A stretch of 64,000 bases of DNA, taken from positions 309,287 to 373,286 of the forward strand of contig JBAZMP010000001.1 of the NCBI GenBank assembly GCA_041649715.1, in the 5' to 3' direction. How positions within the stretch are numbered: the stretch's first letter is position 1; the number at the start of each line of letters is the position of its first letter. Positions 56,261 to 64,000 of the stretch are shown here, one piece after another. This DNA comes from Patescibacteria group bacterium. GTDB taxonomy: Bacteria > Patescibacteriota > Patescibacteriia > JAXHNJ01. The position numbers and the translations under genes were made by a program. The notes under the pieces were generated by a model, which worked only from the letters and a program-made list of their open reading frames with translations, had not been told where the DNA came from and ran no database searches.

Positions 56261-57208
56261 TTATTTTTTTGTTTGAGGGAGTCGGAAACTGTCGTGCGCC
56301 CAGTCGTCAGTTACCGATTGAACGTCTTGTTCCGTAACTATCGCTTTTTGTTTTTCGTATTTTTGGGGATTCGTGATGCTATCCAGCCTTACCTTAGCGG
56401 CGGTTTCGTCCATCAGGTCAATCGCTTTATCCGGAAAAGTGCGACCGGAGAAGACGGAGGCGGAAAGATTGACGCAGGCGGCCAGCGCTTGATCAGAGAT
56501 TTTAACGGAATGATGGCGTTGGTAGCGGTGCCTTAATCCTTTCAATATTTCCAAAGTTTGCTGGGGGGATGGTTCATCGACAAACACCGGCTGAAATCTT
56601 CTTTCTAGTGTTCTGTCCTTAGCGATGGATTTTTCATAATCTTGCAGGGTAGTGGCCCCGATGGCCTGCAGCTCTCCGCGCGCCAAAGCCGGTTTTAAGA
56701 TATCAGCCGCGTCAATGGCTCCGGTGGCTTCGCCCGCTTCGGCTAATGAATGGAGTTCGTCAATAAAAATAATAATATTTCTTTTGGAAGCGATTATTTC
56801 GTCCACCACCATTTTTAATCTTTTTTCAAATTCGCCGCGGTACTTTGTGCCGGCGACCAGACCGGAAAGGTCAAGGGCGAGAAGCCTTTTATCTTTTAAG
56901 GGTTCGGGTACCTCGCCCCTTACGATCTCGTTAGCCAGTTCTTCAACAATCGCGGTTTTGCCCACGCCCGACTTGCCGATTAACACAGGATTATTTTTCG
57001 TCCGTCGGGTCAAAATCTGGATGACTCTTTGGATTTCGTGGCTGCGGCCGACCACTGGGTCAAGTTTACAGGCCCTGGCCAGGTCAGTTAAATCCTTGGA
57101 GTATAGGGCCAAAGTGTTGGTACGCGCCGTTACTTTTTGGCTGCGCTGGTAAAGGAATATGACAACCACGAGGCCGAGTAAACCGATGATATATATGTAG
57201 ATATTCAT
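56261..57208 (-). CDS. Membrane-anchored ClpB/ClpC-like AAA+ ATPase consisting of the D1 domain only
   Basis: 315 aa. An N-terminal TM helix ([18 protein letters not shown]) runs directly into [53 protein letters not shown] (Clp D1 Walker A), then FIDELH (Walker B) and a sensor region. There is no N-domain, M-domain or D2. Confidence 0.6.
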   Translation of the reverse strand: MNIYIYIIGLLGLVVVIFLYQRSQKVTARTNTLALYSKDLTDLARACKLDPVVGRSHEIQRVIQILTRRTKNNPVLIGKSGVGKTAIVEELANEIVRGEVPEPLKDKRLLALDLSGLVAGTKYRGEFEKRLKMVVDEIIASKRNIIIFIDELHSLAEAGEATGAIDAADILKPALARGELQAIGATTLQDYEKSIAKDRTLERRFQPVFVDEPSPQQTLEILKGLRHRYQRHHSVKISDQALAACVNLSASVFSGRTFPDKAIDLMDETAAKVRLDSITNPQKYEKQKAIVTEQDVQSVTDDWAHDSFRLPQTKK

Positions 57209-57214
57209 AATTTT

Positions 57215-57501
57215 TTATAGGCCGGTATTAAACTCCAGATCGTTATTTCCCGCGTTGGCATTCAGGGGATCTGTTTGATTAGTCGCGGCGTTATTATTCA
57301 GCTGCCTGTTAAGGTTTGATAAATTGGAGGGTTGATTGACATTTAAAGAGTCAGTTTTGGCGGAATTATTCATGATCAAGGTGTAGGCGCCGGCGAAAAC
57401 GATGACACCAACCGTGAGAAAGCAGGTGGCGAGCATAAAGCCCAAAGAAAGCCGGGTTTGAAGATTGGTTTTTGTCGCAATCTGAACTTCGCTTTTTTTC
57501 A
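57215..57501 (-). CDS. Small signal-anchored Asn-rich protein (start trimmed to MKKSEVQ)
   Basis: A TM anchor ending in GAYTLI is followed by NNSAKTDSLNVNQPSNLSNLNRQLNNN. It is tightly packed between the CorA-like and Clp-like genes. Confidence 0.4.
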
Positions 57502-57507
57502 TATCCT

Positions 57508-58434
57508 TTATAAAAACTTTTTTTTCTTGAAAAATTGCCAGCTGACCAAGGTGGCGAACAAGAGAACAACGAGAATAATCCAAAAGCCCCAGCGGAAATG
57601 GAGGAAGGGGGTGTCTTTAGCGTTAATGGCAAAAATGGAGGCGATCAAGGTGAGAATGAAAATAATCACCGAGATGCTGGTAAAGGTTTTCATGATGTCG
57701 TTCAAACGGTTTGAGATCAATGATTCATTCGTTTCGTGCAGCGCCTCGATTGATTCCTTGAAGCTTTCCAGATGATCCCAGATTTCCTTACTTAGTTCAA
57801 TCAGATCGTTATAATAAATCGACATTTTTTGGTTTCTGGAGAAGCCCGTGTCTTTTATGATTATACTGAGCTTTTTCAGGGTATTTTTATGAGCCTGCAT
57901 AATTTGACGGAAATCGGTGATATTGCGCCGAATGATTAGAATTTCAGAGACCATCTTTTTTTCCGAGCCGCTGAAAATCTCCCTTTCGATGCTCCTGATG
58001 TCGAGACTGACATGATCGAGCATCGGATAGCAGTAACAGAGGAGTTTGTCCAGGATCTGGTAAAGCAGGAAGACGGAGCCTTCGGACAATATTTCGTATT
58101 TGACTTTTTCCTCGGTCTGGCAGGATTGAAAAAGCCCTCTTAGGGGCGCTAAATTATTATTGTGGACAGTGACAAAATAATCTTCTCCGATAAAGAAATC
58201 TATTTCCGAGGGCTCGATTTCGCGCGTTTTTCGGTTATAAACCGGGAATAAGAGAACCAGAAAAATATATTTTGGATACTTTTCGATTTTTGGCCTTTGG
58301 CCGTAAATCAAACAATCCTCTAGATCAAGAGGATGGAAAGGGAAGTTATTCCTTAGGAAATCAATCTCGCCTTTTTCCGGATTGACAATATTAATCCAGC
58401 GTAAATTTTTCGTCCTAATTTCCGCTAAACTCAT
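57508..58434 (-). CDS. CorA-family divalent cation transporter-like protein with a non-canonical AIN in place of GMN
   Basis: 308 aa. The N-terminus is CorA-like (FPFHPLDLEDCLIYGQRPKIEKYPKYIFLVL). Two C-terminal TM helices carry FAINAKDTPF where YGMNF is expected. Confidence 0.55.
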   Translation of the reverse strand: MSLAEIRTKNLRWINIVNPEKGEIDFLRNNFPFHPLDLEDCLIYGQRPKIEKYPKYIFLVLLFPVYNRKTREIEPSEIDFFIGEDYFVTVHNNNLAPLRGLFQSCQTEEKVKYEILSEGSVFLLYQILDKLLCYCYPMLDHVSLDIRSIEREIFSGSEKKMVSEILIIRRNITDFRQIMQAHKNTLKKLSIIIKDTGFSRNQKMSIYYNDLIELSKEIWDHLESFKESIEALHETNESLISNRLNDIMKTFTSISVIIFILTLIASIFAINAKDTPFLHFRWGFWIILVVLLFATLVSWQFFKKKKFL

Positions 58435-58566
58435 GTGATTTTTTGTTTTTGTTTTATTTAACTTCTGCTTTTATTGTAGCACACTTTTCCTGTTTTGTAA
58501 AGGGTGTCGTCTTTAAGAAAAGTCCCCTTCGATTCTCTCAAAGGGGACATCTGCATCATGTGCATA

Positions 58567-59445
58567 TTACTTTTGGTCAAAGCCCGACGGGATTTTTACC
58601 GCGTCGACGCTTTTTCGCATCCCGGGGTTAGTCAGGAATATTTCCGGGATGAGATCGCGGCCGTCTCTGCCATAGAGCCGGCCGTTGCCGGTGACCACGA
58701 ACTCATAGCCTCCGGAATTTCTTCCGTTGACGTTTCCGCTCACGGAATACTGGCCCGGTAGAAAATCATAGGGGCACGCTCGGTTAGGCGGGACGATGAC
58801 TTCACGGGGGACGACGTCGTAAACCAACTTCGACTCATACCTCATTCCGTTGTCGTCTTCCCACTTGTTGACCACATTGCGCGGCGAACCATTTTTTTCC
58901 AGCCAGGAAAGCCGGATAGGGACACCCCACTTGTTGATGAAGGTAACCCGCGTCGCCTGATAGGTGAGTGGATGGGCGAACGAACGGTTCAGCCGTTCCG
59001 CGCCGTAGGGCGTGATATCCACGATTCGGGGCAGAAGAATATTTTCCATTCCGCGATTCGTGTCAAATGTCTTTCCTCCTCCGCCGGGGATTAGAAGAAA
59101 GCCGATCCGGGCGTTGTATTGCGTGTTTGCCGGCAGGTCCACTCTCACTTTTTTGCCCGGCCCAACTTCGATCCGGTACCAGGCCGTCCGGTACAAAAAA
59201 GGATTGGCTTGGTTCGGGTCAAAGTACCGCAGTACCCGGAATTCAAACTGGGCAAAAACGGGTTCTGTCGCCCAATTTTGGAATTCGACCGGGAACCAAG
59301 GTTCGGCGTACTGTTGCCGGATGTCTTGGGCCCTGGTTTCCGCCGAAACGGAATATACCGGCGTGGCCAACTGCTGGAATACGCTTCCGCAGCCCGCATT
59401 TGCGCTCATCAAAAGTATGATGAAAAGAACATGCGCCTTTTTCAT
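58567..59445 (-). CDS. Secreted lipoprotein of unknown function
   Basis: 292 aa. Signal and lipobox MKKAHVLFIILLMSANAGC, followed by a beta-rich domain. Confidence 0.55.
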   Translation of the reverse strand: MKKAHVLFIILLMSANAGCGSVFQQLATPVYSVSAETRAQDIRQQYAEPWFPVEFQNWATEPVFAQFEFRVLRYFDPNQANPFLYRTAWYRIEVGPGKKVRVDLPANTQYNARIGFLLIPGGGGKTFDTNRGMENILLPRIVDITPYGAERLNRSFAHPLTYQATRVTFINKWGVPIRLSWLEKNGSPRNVVNKWEDDNGMRYESKLVYDVVPREVIVPPNRACPYDFLPGQYSVSGNVNGRNSGGYEFVVTGNGRLYGRDGRDLIPEIFLTNPGMRKSVDAVKIPSGFDQK

Positions 59446-59572
59446 GACCAGACCTCCTGTGTTTTCGCCTTTTTTCGTATTCTATTTCCGCAACTCGTTA
59501 TGCTAGCATATTTTTACTCTCTTGTCAAGAGGCGAAATTTATGGTATACTATAAACATAATCAAGCGATTTT

Positions 59573-60115
59573 ATGGTCAATCTTTCGGTCGGACAAATTG
59601 AACAAGAAAAAAAAGAGCCTGTTTTGAAAGAACCGGCGAAAGATTTTGAAGTCAAAAAAGAGACGGAGGTTTTTCCGGAAAAATCGGTCGAAAGGGCCGT
59701 GGAAGTCCGAACTGAGAAGGAAGCCGCTAAAAAAGAAGAACAGCCGCCGGCGATAATAGAGAAAGAAGCGGCCGGCCAACCCTCATCATCCGTGGGGGTG
59801 ACGGCGCCTAAGGTCGCAAAGACCCCGGTCATAAGGGAAATTGAAGGGATTATGGAAGAAGATCTGGCTGAGATTTATAACCGCCTGGACGAAAAGCAAA
59901 AGATAGTTTTTAAGGTGGAGGGGGAGAAAACGGCGACGAAAATAGGGGAGCTGCTTCAATCGGTTAAGACAAAGGCCAGGCAGATTTTAGAGCTGATAAA
60001 GCGCTGGCTGAAGGTTATTCCTGGCTATAACAGGTTTTTTTTGGAGCAGGAAGCAAAAATAAAGACAGACAAAATTTTGCGCCTAAAAGACAAAGAACAA
60101 AAAGGGGGAGATTAA
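59573..60115 (+). CDS. Hypothetical Lys/Glu-rich protein
   Basis: 180 aa. Its stop lies 2 nt before the TTG start of the downstream ATPase, so the two genes are probably an operon. Confidence 0.45.
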   Translation: MVNLSVGQIEQEKKEPVLKEPAKDFEVKKETEVFPEKSVERAVEVRTEKEAAKKEEQPPAIIEKEAAGQPSSSVGVTAPKVAKTPVIREIEGIMEEDLAEIYNRLDEKQKIVFKVEGEKTATKIGELLQSVKTKARQILELIKRWLKVIPGYNRFFLEQEAKIKTDKILRLKDKEQKGGD

Positions 60116-60117
60116 GC

Positions 60118-62697
60118 TTGTTTCATCTTCTACAAACATTATTGATTTCGAACCAAACAGCTCTGCCGGCCTTGACTAATTTAGGGGGCAAGCAGGCCGG
60201 TTTTTGGCAAAATCCCATACTGGTGGCCGTTTTATATTTTATCGCGGTATTGTTATTTTTGGCGGCGCTCATGTTTTTGGTTCGATATCTTCTGACGCGG
60301 CGCCAGGCCAGACCGGCCTCTTTAAGAAAAATCATCCTTTTAGTGACGCTGCCCAAGGAAGTCGGGAGTAAAGAAAAGCAGCCGGAAAAACCACTCAGGG
60401 AACTTATTGATGAAGCGGAAGCGATGTTTTCTTCTTTGGGCGGTATGCGGGCGCAGCGAGGCTTGGAAGTTTTTTTTACCGGGCGCACTGATCATTTTTC
60501 TCTGGAGATCGCCGCCTATGACGGTTTGATCTCATTTTACGTGGTTGTCCCGGCTTTTTTGCGGACTTACACCGAAGAGCAGATTCATTCCCAGTATCCG
60601 AAAGCGAACATCGAAGAAGTTGAGGATTATAATATTTTTACACCGGAAAGCCAGATCGTGGCCACTTCCCTCCGATTCAAAAAATCCTATATTTTTCCCA
60701 TCAAGACCTACCGTTTGATGGATGTCGATCCCTTAAGCTCGTTGACTAACGTTTTGTCAAAGATCCCGAAAGGAGAAGGGGCGGTTATCCAGTATATTGT
60801 TCGTTCGGCTAAAGCCCAATGGCACGGCCGCGGGGCCGGCGTGGCAAAAAAAATGCACGAAGGCAAAAATTTGAAGGAGGCGCAGGGCGTTCACGGCGTA
60901 AACGCGATCTTTTCGAATTTCGCCAGCATTTTTTTTCCCAAGAAGAAAAAAGAAGAAATGGATTTGCGGCCTAATTTTCGGGTATCCCCGCGCGATGAGG
61001 AAATCGCCAAAAGTTTGGAAGAGAAGACTTCCCGGGCGGGCATGGATGTAAATATACGCCTTATCGTCTCGGCTAAAACGAAAGAACGGGCCCTCGCGCT
61101 GAACCGGGAGATTGTTAATGCTTTTAGCCAGTATAACCTATACGAATACGGTAACGGTTTAGTCAAACGAAACCTCTGGACGCCCTGGAGCCAAAATAAG
61201 TTAGTGATGAGTTATATCTACCGGATGTATAACGAGCGTCATAAATTAATACTTAATTCCGAAGAAATGGCCAGCTTATTTCATTTTCCTCTGGAAAGCA
61301 CCGAAACCCCGAACATCCGCTGGCTGCTCGCCCGCAAGGCGCCCGCGCCGGTTAATCTTCCGTCAGAAGGCATAATCCTGGGGCAAAATATTTTCCGCGG
61401 AGAAAAGAAGCTTGTCCGCCTTAAGCGGGATGACCGTCGCCGGCACGTCTACATGATCGGGATGACCGGCTCGGGTAAATCAGTTCTCATGCAGGAAATG
61501 GTCAAGCAGGATATTCGGAATGGGGACGGTGTCTGCGTGATCGATCCGCATGGCGGACTAGTCGAGGACATTCTGGCCTGTATTCCTAAAGAAAGGGCGG
61601 AAGATGTCGTGCTGTTTGAACCATCTGACGTGGAAAGACCGGTGGGTTTGAATATGCTGGAAGCGACCAGCCCGGAAGAAGCGGATTTTGCCGTTCAGGA
61701 AATGATCGCCATTTTTTACAAGCTTTTTCCGCCGGAGATGATCGGTCCTATGTTTGAGCATAATATGCGCAATGTGATGCTGACCCTAATGGCCGATAAA
61801 GAATATCCCGGCACGATCGCCGATATTCCCCGTATGTTCACCGACAAGGCCTACCAGGAGTACAAATTGAAAAAGGTCACGGATCCGGTCGTGCGGTCAT
61901 TCTGGGAAAAAGAGATGGCGAAAACGACGGATTTCCACAAATCAGAAATGCTGGGCTACTTAATTTCTAAAGTCGGCCGTTTTGTGGAGAACCAGATGAT
62001 GCGCAATATAATCGGTCAGCCGCACTCGGGTTTTAATTTTCGGGAGGTGATGGATAAGCAGAAGGTTTTACTCGTAAATCTCTCCAAAGGAAAAACGGGC
62101 GAAGTTAACAGCAATTTGCTCGGCTTAATCCTTGTTTCCAAACTGCAGATGGCCGCTTTAGCCCGGGCGGATATGCCCGAGAGCGAAAGAAAGGACTTTT
62201 ATCTTTATATCGACGAATTCCAGAATTTCATCACTCCATCCATCGCGACCATTCTGTCTGAGGCAAGGAAATACAAATTGAATTTGATCATGGCTCATCA
62301 ATATCTGGGTCAATTGACGCAGGGGCAAAATAATAATATTCGCGACGCGGTTTTGGGGAACGTCGGCACGCTTATCGCTTTCCGTATCGGCGTTGAAGAC
62401 GCAGAAATTATCGCCCGTCAGCTGGATCCCGTTTTTTCCGAATACGACGTGGTGAATATCGCTCGTTTTAACGCGTATATAAAACTTTTAATTGATAATG
62501 CCACGGCTAAGGCTTTTAATATTGCTACTTTTCCTCCCACTATCGGCAATCCTTTAATTAGCAAAAAAATCAGGGAACTTTCTCGTTTGAAATATGGACG
62601 ATCAAGAATACAGGTTGAGGCAGAATTGATGGAGCGGACAAAATTGGGCGAAGTGATAAAAACACCGTTCCCGAGTTCAGGCGAGAAGAATATTTAG
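60118..62697 (+). CDS. VirB4/TrbE-like (AAA_10/DUF87 superfamily) P-loop ATPase, membrane-anchored
   Basis: 859 aa. A TTG start sits after AAAGGGGGAG. The N-terminus has a TM helix. Walker A is GMTGSGKS, Walker B is LYIDEFQNF, and the conserved EARKYKLNLIMAHQYLGQL motif is as in the VirB4/TraG families. Confidence 0.55.
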   Translation: MFHLLQTLLISNQTALPALTNLGGKQAGFWQNPILVAVLYFIAVLLFLAALMFLVRYLLTRRQARPASLRKIILLVTLPKEVGSKEKQPEKPLRELIDEAEAMFSSLGGMRAQRGLEVFFTGRTDHFSLEIAAYDGLISFYVVVPAFLRTYTEEQIHSQYPKANIEEVEDYNIFTPESQIVATSLRFKKSYIFPIKTYRLMDVDPLSSLTNVLSKIPKGEGAVIQYIVRSAKAQWHGRGAGVAKKMHEGKNLKEAQGVHGVNAIFSNFASIFFPKKKKEEMDLRPNFRVSPRDEEIAKSLEEKTSRAGMDVNIRLIVSAKTKERALALNREIVNAFSQYNLYEYGNGLVKRNLWTPWSQNKLVMSYIYRMYNERHKLILNSEEMASLFHFPLESTETPNIRWLLARKAPAPVNLPSEGIILGQNIFRGEKKLVRLKRDDRRRHVYMIGMTGSGKSVLMQEMVKQDIRNGDGVCVIDPHGGLVEDILACIPKERAEDVVLFEPSDVERPVGLNMLEATSPEEADFAVQEMIAIFYKLFPPEMIGPMFEHNMRNVMLTLMADKEYPGTIADIPRMFTDKAYQEYKLKKVTDPVVRSFWEKEMAKTTDFHKSEMLGYLISKVGRFVENQMMRNIIGQPHSGFNFREVMDKQKVLLVNLSKGKTGEVNSNLLGLILVSKLQMAALARADMPESERKDFYLYIDEFQNFITPSIATILSEARKYKLNLIMAHQYLGQLTQGQNNNIRDAVLGNVGTLIAFRIGVEDAEIIARQLDPVFSEYDVVNIARFNAYIKLLIDNATAKAFNIATFPPTIGNPLISKKIRELSRLKYGRSRIQVEAELMERTKLGEVIKTPFPSSGEKNI

Positions 62698-62733
62698 ATT
62701 GTCCGGAATAAAAATAAGTGCTATCATAAAAAC

Positions 62734-63264
62734 ATGGATAGTCTTTTTTTTATTCTATATTTTTGCCTTATTATCGTTATTGTTGGTACAGCTGCCTGGG
62801 CCGGAATAAAAGCCGCCCCCTGGGTGCCGACACGCCAAAAAGATATTAAACGGATGCTTGAGTTGGCCAGAATAAAACCGTCGGATTTAGTTTACGATCT
62901 GGGGGCGGGAGACGGTCGCTTAGTCGTCGCCGTGGCTAAAGAATATCCGTCTAAAGTGGTCGGCTTTGAATTATCCGTGCTTCCGTATTTGGTCGCTCGC
63001 CTAAGAGTGAGGCTGGCCGGTTTTGGTCCGCGTACAAAAATTTTGTTCAAAGATTTCTATCATTATGATGTTTCGGGAGCGGATGTCATCTTATGTTTCT
63101 TGACCCCTAAGGCGATGAGCCGTCTCAGCCCTAAATTCAGCCGTGAATTAAAAAGCGGGGCCAGGATAATAAGCTATGCCTTCAAAATTAAGGATTGGCC
63201 GATTGCTGAAATAAGCAAGCCTCAGGCGAAAGATACCCCCATATTCCTGCATGTTAAAAAGTAG
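62734..63264 (+). CDS. Small class I SAM-dependent methyltransferase with an N-terminal TM helix
   Basis: 176 aa. Motif I is VYDLGAGDGRLVVAVAKEY. Confidence 0.6.
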   Translation: MDSLFFILYFCLIIVIVGTAAWAGIKAAPWVPTRQKDIKRMLELARIKPSDLVYDLGAGDGRLVVAVAKEYPSKVVGFELSVLPYLVARLRVRLAGFGPRTKILFKDFYHYDVSGADVILCFLTPKAMSRLSPKFSRELKSGARIISYAFKIKDWPIAEISKPQAKDTPIFLHVKK

Positions 63265-63444
63265 CTTGACGAATTTTTGAGGCTATGTTATTATTCTTTG
63301 GCGACTAAAAATAAAAAAAACAAACTATAAACAAACAATATAAACAAAACCTAAAATTAAAAATAAAACAATTTGTAACGAAAACACAAAAATACAAATC
63401 AGTAAAAAACAAAAGACTAAAAAATAAAATAAAGGAAAATAAAA

Positions 63445-63990
63445 ATGCCAAAACAAAATAAGCTCCAATTAATAAAAAAATTGATTGATTCGGCGGTAGA
63501 CAGCATTAATCAGGCCAAATCCCTTTTAGCCGAATTAACCGGACAGGCGGTATCTTCGGAAGCGGAAGAGAAAGCGCGGGAAGTGGGCAGCGTTGACCTC
63601 TCCACTGACAACACAAAAATAATTGAAGGGGTTTTTGACGGGCAGAATATGATCGGCCCGGACGGCAAGCAGTATTCCATCCCCGCCAATTATGCCTCAA
63701 AATCAAAACTCGTCGAAGGTGACATCTTAAAATTGACCATCATGCCCGATGGTTCTTTTGTTTACAAGCAGATCGGTCCGGTGGAAAGAAAAAGACTCGT
63801 CGGAACCCTCATCAAGGACGAAAGTACCGAGGATTTCAAGGTTTTGTCCGAAAACAAGACTTATGGGTTGCTTTTGGCGAGTGTTACCTATTTCAAGGGT
63901 GATGTCGGTGATGAAGTGGTGATTTTAGTGCCGGAGAAAGGGGAAAGCAGCTGGGCGGCGGTTGAAAATATCATAAAAAAGTCGTTATAA
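63445..63990 (+). CDS. Hypothetical protein
   Basis: 181-aa ORF preceded by an A-rich leader. No motif recognised. Confidence 0.45.
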   Translation: MPKQNKLQLIKKLIDSAVDSINQAKSLLAELTGQAVSSEAEEKAREVGSVDLSTDNTKIIEGVFDGQNMIGPDGKQYSIPANYASKSKLVEGDILKLTIMPDGSFVYKQIGPVERKRLVGTLIKDESTEDFKVLSENKTYGLLLASVTYFKGDVGDEVVILVPEKGESSWAAVENIIKKSL

Positions 63991-64000
63991 CTTTTTCGTA

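Noticed and set aside
56034-56536. Plus-strand ORFs 56034..56276, 56120..56536 and 56122..56337
   Set aside because: They are poly-Phe/Leu low-complexity translations running antisense to the Clp-like gene and the intergenic region.

Overview
This 64-kb window looks like part of a small, AT-to-moderate-GC bacterial chromosome, and it resembles a Patescibacteria/CPR-like genome. That lineage call is an inference from three things: the many small genes, a short AspRS without the bacterial insertion domain, and the many secreted or membrane-anchored proteins with Asn-rich linkers. There are three broad blocks.

(1) A very AT-rich defense island (about 1-9023). It holds a DinD-like gene; a BcgI-like two-gene restriction-modification system (a PD-(D/E)xK nuclease fused to a gamma N6-adenine methyltransferase, plus an HsdS-like specificity subunit, with no HsdR); an extra PD-(D/E)xK nuclease-like gene with an unknown partner; a YegP/DUF1508 mini-gene not in the ORF track; and an AbiEi/AbiEii toxin-antitoxin pair. 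The island is bounded by non-coding islands dense with structured repeats.

(2) Housekeeping genes: asnS, aspS, scpA-scpB, tpiA-fba-gap, tRNA-Glu(CUC), corA, the heat-shock operon hrcA-grpE-hsp20-dnaK with a perfect CIRCE operator, dnaJ, dus and a YbaK-like deacylase.

(3) Lineage-specific secreted or membrane proteins. Several show signs of cassette-like turnover: two adjacent paralogs share a roughly 170-bp 5' module; one gene is flanked by 55-bp direct repeats copied from the aspS start; two other small genes sit between 25-29-bp duplications of neighbouring gene 3' ends; and one gene has a tandem intragenic Cys-rich repeat.

Other notable items are two YvpB/C39-like peptidase-domain proteins next to a GT4 glycosyltransferase, a candidate pilin- or bacteriocin-like small protein with an AbrB regulator and an ABC exporter, duplicated DUF3467 genes, a membrane-anchored ClpB/C D1-only ATPase in an operon with a CorA-like protein carrying AIN instead of GMN, a VirB4-like ATPase, and a lineage-typical family of long AAATYC/GAATTT palindromic hairpins after many genes. 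No CRISPR array or rRNA was found. All functional calls come from motif recognition by eye; no searches were run.
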